In this document: positions 26,230 to 33,404 of the stretch, one piece after another
How the letters are laid out: each line of letters starts with the position of its first letter
Position numbering within the stretch: the stretch's first letter is position 1
IMG/VR virus record: IMGVR_UViG_3300005831_000022
Direction: 5' to 3' (one strand)
Length of the DNA: 51,168 nt
Source: a virus
Position numbers and translations under genes: made by a program
Notes under the pieces: model-generated
Databases searched by the model: none
Told to the model about the DNA's origin: nothing
Seen by the model: the letters and a program-made list of their open reading frames with translations, nothing else

Positions 26230-26655
26230 ATGGAATTAAAATTAAATAATCGTTGTGCACGTTGTGGAGCAGATGAAACGCTAGACGGTACAAACGTATA
26301 CAAGGTATATGCAACACACGTGAATACAAACAAACAATTTACATTGATGTATAACAAGTGTGCAAAATGTGGTGAAACAAAGGTGTTACAAATAGATAAC
26401 AATGAATCACTTGCGTTACTACAAGAAATGACTAAGACAATAATGAAAAAGGCAGTTACAAACTGTAAGACTACAAAGAAACAACGTAAGGCATTTGATG
26501 ACACACGTACCAAATTACGTCTTACAAGAGCAAGCTTGTTATGTGAATATGACATGCAGGTGTTTGTTGAAAAGACAACAGGTGAATCGTTCACACTAGA
26601 TAAAAGCATACTTCCTACACAGGACATTCTAGGAGGTGTAAACAATGATAGGTAA
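26230..26655 (+). CDS. Zinc-ribbon protein (moron gene 2)
   Basis: ATG after AAAGGAGAAG. CARCG...31 aa...CAKCG, then a helical tail. Confidence 0.6.
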   Translation: MELKLNNRCARCGADETLDGTNVYKVYATHVNTNKQFTLMYNKCAKCGETKVLQIDNNESLALLQEMTKTIMKKAVTNCKTTKKQRKAFDDTRTKLRLTRASLLCEYDMQVFVEKTTGESFTLDKSILPTQDILGGVNNDR

Positions 26656-27034
26656 CCAAGTTTCGTGTGATGATTGTAATAAAGATTTTGAAATCAACAA
26701 AATGTATGAATCAACAGTAACACTAATAGATGACGTTAATCGTTCGCTTGATATAACATTCTTTACATGCCCACATTGTGGACGTGTCTACATAGCGTTT
26801 ATACAAGATAGACTATCAAGAGAGATAACAAGCGAAATGTATGAACAAGCGAAGACCTTAAAGCTTGCAATGATATCGTTCCCTAAATACAAGCAGGTAA
26901 GCAATGACTATGACAAAAATGTGTTAACACGCTTAGAGAGGTCTAAGAAGTTAAAAGCAGAGTACGAAACAAACGCACACATGTATACAGATTTAGTAAA
27001 AGGAATAACAGACGTTGTTGAAAAAACAGCATAA
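26645..27034 (+). CDS. Zinc-ribbon protein, paralogue of 26230..26655 (moron gene 3)
   Basis: RBS GGAGG. CDDCN...30 aa...CPHCG. Same spacing and the same post-ribbon pattern (v.qId..s....EM). Confidence 0.6.
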   Translation: MIGNQVSCDDCNKDFEINKMYESTVTLIDDVNRSLDITFFTCPHCGRVYIAFIQDRLSREITSEMYEQAKTLKLAMISFPKYKQVSNDYDKNVLTRLERSKKLKAEYETNAHMYTDLVKGITDVVEKTA

Positions 27035-27076
27035 TAAATAATACCATTTGTATAATGGACTATGGAGGTAACAAAA

Positions 27077-27877
27077 ATGATTACACAGGAAACAAAAGAA
27101 GCACTAAATAAAATCATATCTTACGATAGTAAAAGAGACAGAAAAGAATATAACCTTTTTGACAGTATAAAATTCAATCTTCAATTTTTCGCCGATGATG
27201 ATGAAGACGATGACGAAGAAGAAGACAAAACCACTACAACACAGAACAGTGGAAACAAACCAAAAGATACCGTTAATAACGGAGAAAAATTATTTACACA
27301 AACACAATTAAACCGTTTACTAGCACAAGAAAAGAAAGACGGTAGAAGAAGTGTACTAACACAGTTAGGCGTAAGCGAAGACAACGCAACAGACGTGTTA
27401 ACACAATTCAATGCGTTCATGGACGCAAAACGTAAGAAAGAGCAAGAAGAGAACAAAGGTAACACAGAATCACAAGCACAACAAAACAGAGAGTTACAAG
27501 AGTTAAAACGAGAAATGTTTATTGCTAAGTCACAAACCGAAGCATTAAAGCTAGGAGTTAAAACGGACTATGTAGAAGACGTTGTTACATTAGCTATTGC
27601 GAAGTTTAAAGACGGTGATGACATGAAAACAGTTTTGACAGAAATTAAAGAGAAACACAAAAATTTCTTTGTAGGTAGTTCAGAGGAATCCGAAGAAGAA
27701 AAGGAGAAAAACGTGGGTAAAAAAGGAACAGGAACAAGCGTAAAATCTTCAAAGGTAGATAACGAAGAAACTAAAGATAAGAAAGACAAAAAGAAACAAA
27801 CAAGCTCTTTAGGTTCTAGGTTAGCACAAGACAGGAACGAGAAAGTCACAGCAAAAAAATCATACTTTGACAGGTAA
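27077..27877 (+). CDS. Scaffolding protein (DUF4355-like)
   Basis: NLQFFADDDEDDDEEED, then KLFTQTQLNRLLAQEKKDGRR, coiled-coil, Lys-rich C-terminus. Positioned before the capsid genes. Confidence 0.6.
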   Translation: MITQETKEALNKIISYDSKRDRKEYNLFDSIKFNLQFFADDDEDDDEEEDKTTTTQNSGNKPKDTVNNGEKLFTQTQLNRLLAQEKKDGRRSVLTQLGVSEDNATDVLTQFNAFMDAKRKKEQEENKGNTESQAQQNRELQELKREMFIAKSQTEALKLGVKTDYVEDVVTLAIAKFKDGDDMKTVLTEIKEKHKNFFVGSSEESEEEKEKNVGKKGTGTSVKSSKVDNEETKDKKDKKKQTSSLGSRLAQDRNEKVTAKKSYFDR

Positions 27878-27892
27878 AGGAGAACATTAAAC

Positions 27893-28873
27893 ATGTATAA
27901 CAAAAGTGGTATTACAACAGTATCAGCAACGAACGTTAGACAAATACTAAGTAATGTAGAGTTACAAAACAGTGTTGGCGTTGTTGTAGACGATGCAGGA
28001 ACAACCGTTAATTCTTACGGTAAAAAGATTGTTAAGGCAGGAACACCATTAGCAGGAAGCCTTGACGCACGTATAACACCATTTACAAAAGCGAGTGAAG
28101 TGGTAGCAACAGCAGGAACTAAAGGAACTTGGACGTATACATTCCAATCAGCAGTTGCCGACGGTGATATCATTGATGTGGATGGTGCTACAGTAACAGC
28201 AAATAGCACAAGTGACAACAGTGTATCAGCTACAGCCGATTTTGTAGCAGAGGGAATCAAAGGCGTGTGGAGTTACACATTTACGTCTGCACCAGCATCA
28301 GGAAAAGTGATTACATTGAACGGTATTTCATTGATTGCCAATTCAACAAGTGCTGGCAGTGTATCAGCTACAGCGTTATTAGTGGCTACAATTTCAGATG
28401 CTAATTTCACAATTACAACTTCAAGTGGTCAAGTTATCTTTACACAGAAAACAGCAAATACAAACGGTGTAGCACCTGTATTGGTTGTAGATGGAACTAC
28501 TGTTACAATGGTAGCAGGAACTACAGGCGTTAGTCCTCTAATTTCTTCAAATTGGGATATCACAGATAACGGAAGTGGCGAACTTACATTTACTCAAAAA
28601 GTTGCAAATGCGAACGGTACAGCACCAGTTATTAAGCTTGACGGTGTAACAGTTACAGCAGTAGCAGGAACAACACCAGTTACAACAGTTTACAATAGTA
28701 ATGCAATTGGCGTACTACTACATGACGTAGACGTTACACAAGGCGATGCGAACGGAAGTTTATTGACATTCGGATTTGTTAATACAAATAGATTAGAAAG
28801 TGACGTACAGGCTTTAATCACTACAGCAGTGAAAGAAGCGTTAAATGGTAAAGTCACTTTCATGAGAGCGTAG
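27893..28873 (+). CDS. Head decoration/structural protein with four internal repeats
   Basis: Lies between the scaffold and major capsid genes. Two pairs of roughly 45-aa tandem repeats (aa 76..265). Confidence 0.5.
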   Translation: MYNKSGITTVSATNVRQILSNVELQNSVGVVVDDAGTTVNSYGKKIVKAGTPLAGSLDARITPFTKASEVVATAGTKGTWTYTFQSAVADGDIIDVDGATVTANSTSDNSVSATADFVAEGIKGVWSYTFTSAPASGKVITLNGISLIANSTSAGSVSATALLVATISDANFTITTSSGQVIFTQKTANTNGVAPVLVVDGTTVTMVAGTTGVSPLISSNWDITDNGSGELTFTQKVANANGTAPVIKLDGVTVTAVAGTTPVTTVYNSNAIGVLLHDVDVTQGDANGSLLTFGFVNTNRLESDVQALITTAVKEALNGKVTFMRA

Positions 28874-28886
28874 GAGGATAACAGAC

Positions 28887-29927
28887 ATGACTATTTATGA
28901 TTTGATTACATCACAAGAATTAAGTGATTACTGGAATACATTGACACAGAATGAACCTCCATATATGGGAGAAGAATTATTTCCTAACAACAAGAAATTA
29001 GGGATTGACCTTAAATGGTTAAAAGGAAGTAAAGGTTTACCTTGTGTATTAAAGTCAAGTGGATTTGATACAAAGGCTATTCCAAGAGATAGAATTGCGT
29101 TCGATAAAGTGTACGCAGAAATGCCATTTTTCAAAGAATCAACATACATTGATGAAGAGTTACGCCAGTCATTAAATATGGTTCTTGAAACAGGTAACCA
29201 AGTTTATATTGACGCAGTACTTACAAGAGTATTTGATGATGAAATGCGTTTGATTCGTTCAGCACGAGTATCAAGAGAAAGAATGAGAATGCAATGTATT
29301 ACAAGTGGTGTTGTGGCTATGGCTAGCAACGGTCAAACATACGTGTATGATTATTCTATGCCTGACGCTCATAAAGGTGAAGCAAGTACATCTTGGAACA
29401 CTGTAGCATCAAGTGACCCAATTGAGGACATGAGACAAGCAAAAGAAACAATCTATGATAACACTGGAAACGTAGTTACAAGAGCAGTATGTAACACAAT
29501 TACATTCAGACAAATTAGAAACAGTGAAGCAGTAAAGAAAGCATTGTACCCACTTACAAACGGAGTAGGAGCAATCAATGACAAAATGGTAAAGGATTAT
29601 ATCTTTGACCAGCTTGAAATCACAGTTGCTATAAACGATAAGAAATACAAAGATGAAGCAGACGTTACACAAAAGTTTGTACCTGATTACGTGTTGTCAA
29701 TGTTCCCTGATGGAATGTTAGGTACAACATGGTTCGGTACAACACCAGCAGAAAGCGACCTTGCAAATAGTTCTGTTGCAAATGTAAGTATCATTGACAT
29801 GGGTGTTGCTGTCGTTACTTCACAAAAAGTTGACCCTGTACAAGTAGAAACAATCGTATCAATGATTTGTTTGCCATCATTCGAACAGGCTGACAGCGTA
29901 TTTATTTTAGACACCAATCCATCTTAA
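28887..29927 (+). CDS. Major capsid protein (gpE-like family)
   Basis: 346 aa. N-terminal LFPNNKKLGIDLKWLKG pattern and overall length/position are typical of Phage_cap_E proteins. Confidence 0.75.
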   Translation: MTIYDLITSQELSDYWNTLTQNEPPYMGEELFPNNKKLGIDLKWLKGSKGLPCVLKSSGFDTKAIPRDRIAFDKVYAEMPFFKESTYIDEELRQSLNMVLETGNQVYIDAVLTRVFDDEMRLIRSARVSRERMRMQCITSGVVAMASNGQTYVYDYSMPDAHKGEASTSWNTVASSDPIEDMRQAKETIYDNTGNVVTRAVCNTITFRQIRNSEAVKKALYPLTNGVGAINDKMVKDYIFDQLEITVAINDKKYKDEADVTQKFVPDYVLSMFPDGMLGTTWFGTTPAESDLANSSVANVSIIDMGVAVVTSQKVDPVQVETIVSMICLPSFEQADSVFILDTNPS

Positions 29928-29991
29928 TAAGTGCCCCTTTTTTATATTTAATATATTTATATAAACGAAAAAGAAAGCGAGTGTAAAACGT

Positions 29992-30375
29992 ATGTATGTA
30001 ACAATGAAAAACAAGAGTAACAACACACTTTTCAAAGTTCCTCTTACTGTTGCTAAGTCTTACACTAGTATCGGATTCGAGATTGTAAGCAATGGCGTGT
30101 TAGAGCACAACACGTCGGACGCTACAGTCAAAGAAAATATTGTTGTGGGTGTGAATCAGGATGATGAAAAGAAGTCATTTGCAAGACGTATGGAAAACAT
30201 TCCTATTGCGTCATGGAGCAAAGAGCAAATAAAAAGATACGCACAAATACAGCAAGTTGATATTAGTGAAAGTAAAACAGTAGGTGAAGCAAGAGGACTT
30301 GTAAAAGCCTATATTGAATCACAGAAAGCGAAACAAGAACAAGAACAGTTACAGGAAGAATCACAAGAGAGCTAA
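29992..30375 (+). CDS. Hypothetical head-associated protein with a HeH-like motif
   Basis: SKEQIKRYAQIQQVDISESKTVGEARGLVKAYI. The start is uncertain (29992 or 30004). Confidence 0.45.
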   Translation: MYVTMKNKSNNTLFKVPLTVAKSYTSIGFEIVSNGVLEHNTSDATVKENIVVGVNQDDEKKSFARRMENIPIASWSKEQIKRYAQIQQVDISESKTVGEARGLVKAYIESQKAKQEQEQLQEESQES

Positions 30376-30389
30376 CGAGGTGATAACAA

Positions 30390-30647
30390 ATGGATGATGT
30401 TACACTTAATAATTTAAAAAGAGAAATAAAGGAAACAGAGTACAGGTATTTTACAGATGAAGATATCAACTACTATTACACAAAAAACAGTGATAATTTT
30501 AACGCTACGGTGTACGAATGTTTACTTTTAAAAGCAGAAGAAACCACAATAAATTTAACAGGTATACGTGCACAAGATAATAGTGCATACTTTAGGCGAA
30601 TAGCTTCAAGGTATAGACCATGTAACAGTGGTGTATTACCAACATAA
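30390..30647 (+). CDS. Head-tail connector/adaptor candidate
   Basis: Assigned from size and synteny only. Confidence 0.4.
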   Translation: MDDVTLNNLKREIKETEYRYFTDEDINYYYTKNSDNFNATVYECLLLKAEETTINLTGIRAQDNSAYFRRIASRYRPCNSGVLPT

Positions 30648-30668
30648 CAAACAAAGGAGTGGTTACAC

Positions 30669-31076
30669 ATGGAAACATATAGAGCACTTATACAGCAGAA
30701 AAGAACAATAATGTTAACACAGTTACAAAAACAGTTTGACGCTTACGGTGTACATGTTAACATTGTAAACACAATATACAAGTCAGACGGTGTGAACGGT
30801 TACATTGTAGATAGCACAAGAATATACACAGTAAAAGCCATATTACACAACATGACAAGTTCCCCACTAAGAGAAGATATAAACGAAGCAGGTAGAAAAT
30901 ACAGAGCACAACCACGTATGATAGTATTGTACACAGATGCACTCACATTTTCTATTAACGATTACTTCACTTATGAGGGGCAAACATTTTTTATTAAAAA
31001 CATTACAAAAGATGAATTGAACATGCATTACACAATAGCGTTAACAAGAGAACAACCAGTGACACCATATGTATAG
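30669..31076 (+). CDS. Head closure candidate
   Basis: Assigned from size and synteny only. Confidence 0.4.
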   Translation: METYRALIQQKRTIMLTQLQKQFDAYGVHVNIVNTIYKSDGVNGYIVDSTRIYTVKAILHNMTSSPLREDINEAGRKYRAQPRMIVLYTDALTFSINDYFTYEGQTFFIKNITKDELNMHYTIALTREQPVTPYV

Positions 31077-31087
31077 GTGGTGGCGTT

Positions 31088-31474
31088 ATGAGTAAAAACA
31101 TGAAGACACAGTTAGAAATAGATTTAGACGAAGTCACAAAGAAGATGAAGTCATACCACAAGAAAGTAACAAACAAGCAAACAGGTGCGATTACAATGGT
31201 AGTAGCGTCTGCATGTGTGTTAATTAAAAAGTGGATGAAGAAAAACAGATTGTGGACAGATAGAACAAGTGACGCAAGAGACAGATTAGATTGTGTTTAT
31301 GTTTGGGAAGATGTGGAACTAGTTTCAATAGTCGTATTCCATCAAGTTTCTTATGGTGTTTGGTTAGAGTTGGCACATCAAAGAAAATACGCAATATTAA
31401 TGGAATCATTAGAGAAACACCAAGATGAAATAATTGACGCTTTACAACACTTGATGGATAACATAAAACCATAA
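31088..31474 (+). CDS. Tail-completion/neck protein candidate
   Basis: Assigned from size and synteny only. Confidence 0.4.
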   Translation: MSKNMKTQLEIDLDEVTKKMKSYHKKVTNKQTGAITMVVASACVLIKKWMKKNRLWTDRTSDARDRLDCVYVWEDVELVSIVVFHQVSYGVWLELAHQRKYAILMESLEKHQDEIIDALQHLMDNIKP

Positions 31475-31486
31475 AGGAGCGATAAC

Positions 31487-31837
31487 ATGAATAGAGTTTC
31501 CTTGATAGAAATATTAAAACCCTTATACCCTACACATAACATAGGACAACACTATCAACATGATGTTAATCCTTACATTGTTTTACGTGCAGGTTATCAG
31601 AGAAGTGGAACAAATAATATAGGCAGTAAAAAGGGAGCATTACAAACATATGAAATACTTTGTTATGTACCCGACACAAGCATTATAGGATTAGATACAA
31701 TGTTAGAAGAAGTAAGAAAAGAATTATTGAAGTACAAAGACATAGAGGTGTTAAATGAGTTATCAGTGGATTATCATGACACTGTAATTAATATGTATAT
31801 GCGTTATATGTCGGTACATGCCCCAAAAGGGGTTTAA
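31487..31837 (+). CDS. Tail terminator candidate
   Basis: Assigned from size and synteny only. Confidence 0.35.
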   Translation: MNRVSLIEILKPLYPTHNIGQHYQHDVNPYIVLRAGYQRSGTNNIGSKKGALQTYEILCYVPDTSIIGLDTMLEEVRKELLKYKDIEVLNELSVDYHDTVINMYMRYMSVHAPKGV

Positions 31838-31858
31838 TTTAACAGGAGGTATAAAAAC

Positions 31859-32701
31859 ATGAAAGATATTTTATATGGTGTAAAATATGCAACGCTCGAA
31901 GAAATAAACCCCGACACACAACTACCCCCAGTTGTTGGAGGTGTATATGTTGGAGTTGATACAGCCGAAAGCGTAGAGATGGAAGCTATCATGTCCGAGG
32001 GTGTAGAAGATATTGCAAGAAGTGATTCAAAGATTCTCGCTGTAGTACGTACGCCTGATTTGTTATATGGGTATGATGTTACATTAAAAGATAACACTTT
32101 TGACCCTGCAATTGCTTCTTTAATTGAGGGTGGTGTGTCTACAATCGTAAACGATGAAGTTACAGGATATAGAGCACCTTTACTTAGTGAGGGAGCAACA
32201 AACCTAAAACCTTTTAGATTAACTTTGTATGTTGCTTCTTATGAGGGTGACAGTATACAACACTATGTTAAAATTGTAATGAACAATTGTAGTGGTTCGG
32301 CGTTTGCGTTTAGTTCAGGTAAAGAGTTCTATGCACCTGAATTTAAAATCAGAGCGAGGGAAGCAACAAAAGCATCATTGTCAATCAAGACTATGAGTTA
32401 TGTGTCACATATTCCAAGTGACTTGTCAGTAACACCGACAACAGACGCTTTTGACAAGAAGAGTGGAACAGCAGATAATATTGATTTACCTTTTACAGTT
32501 GCTAACGGAACACCTACAGCAGTGTACAACATGGACACAGCTACAGCGTTAACAGTTACAACACACTACACTATTGTTAATGGAGTGGTTACAATCTTAA
32601 AAGCGTACCTAGGTACACTTGCAAATGGTACACATGAATTATTATTTGTAACGTCTATCGGTAACATTTCAGTAACAATTACAGTTACAACAACACCATA
32701 A
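31859..32701 (+). CDS. Major tail protein with a C-terminal Ig-like domain
   Basis: Lies just upstream of the chaperone/TMP genes. Thr/Val-rich C-terminal beta domain. Confidence 0.6.
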   Translation: MKDILYGVKYATLEEINPDTQLPPVVGGVYVGVDTAESVEMEAIMSEGVEDIARSDSKILAVVRTPDLLYGYDVTLKDNTFDPAIASLIEGGVSTIVNDEVTGYRAPLLSEGATNLKPFRLTLYVASYEGDSIQHYVKIVMNNCSGSAFAFSSGKEFYAPEFKIRAREATKASLSIKTMSYVSHIPSDLSVTPTTDAFDKKSGTADNIDLPFTVANGTPTAVYNMDTATALTVTTHYTIVNGVVTILKAYLGTLANGTHELLFVTSIGNISVTITVTTTP

Positions 32702-32730
32702 AATAACACTATTCAAGGAGTGAAAAACAA

Positions 32731-33183
32731 ATGGACTTTAATTACAGTAATGAAAACAAAGTAATTTCAATTGAGGATTTAAAAGCAAAAGCACAACCTA
32801 TAGTAATGATTAAAGGATACGAAGAGGGAGAGTTTTTACCGTTCCACCTTAAGAGAATTAGAATGTTAGATATGATAAAGTCGGGTAAGATACCAAATAC
32901 AGTATTGAACCAAGCGACAACACTATTTGATTCAGATAACAAAAGCAAATCAAAAGACAGCGAATTTTCTGAAAAAGATTTATCACAAATGTCTGATTTA
33001 ATGGATGCCGTTTGTGGTGCATGTATGGTAAATCCGAAATACGAGGATGTAAAAGAATACCTTACAGACGAACAGAGAACAGAAATATTTGAGTGGACGC
33101 AACAGGGTGTAAAAGCACTAGAATTTTTTCGTAACAACAAAGGAAATACTGGATTGCATATTGATATCAACGAAATTCCATAG
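32731..33183 (+). CDS. Tail assembly chaperone (gpG analogue)
   Basis: Acidic 150-aa protein directly upstream of the tape measure gene, with an overlapping downstream ORF in another frame. Confidence 0.7.
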   Translation: MDFNYSNENKVISIEDLKAKAQPIVMIKGYEEGEFLPFHLKRIRMLDMIKSGKIPNTVLNQATTLFDSDNKSKSKDSEFSEKDLSQMSDLMDAVCGACMVNPKYEDVKEYLTDEQRTEIFEWTQQGVKALEFFRNNKGNTGLHIDINEIP

Positions 33184-33349
33184 TCTTCCTAGCGTAGTGT
33201 TAAACCTAGATAACGATTATGAAGCATATTGCTTTAATGAGGCATGTGCATACATATTAACTAAACTAGAGAACGAAGAAACACCACACTTTGAAGAAGA
33301 CAAAAAACAAAATAGCCTACTTGCAAAAATGCTTACAAATCAATATTAG
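33131..33349 (+). CDS. +1-frame extension of the tail assembly chaperone (gpGT analogue)
   Basis: The +1 frame is open only from 33122, and the -1 frame is closed by TAA at 33132..33134. Candidate slip site is UUU UUU CGU (33124..33132). Confidence 0.5.
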   Translation, partial: VTTKEILDCILISTKFHSLPSVVLNLDNDYEAYCFNEACAYILTKLENEETPHFEEDKKQNSLLAKMLTNQY

Positions 33350-33404
33350 CGTGTTGGTGTGTAAGCTATTTGCATATTACAAGGCAGAAAGTAAGGTGAT
33401 TTAA

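Noticed and set aside
26097-26645. 182-aa minus-strand ORF. The same applies to the other long minus-strand ORFs, e.g. 34517..35155, 35312..35818, 36281..36766, 33401..33790, 10539..10949 and 47165..47569.
   Set aside because: All lie antisense to well-supported plus-strand genes, lack RBSs and have low-complexity Ser/Phe/Leu/Cys-rich translations typical of shadow ORFs on an A-rich coding strand.
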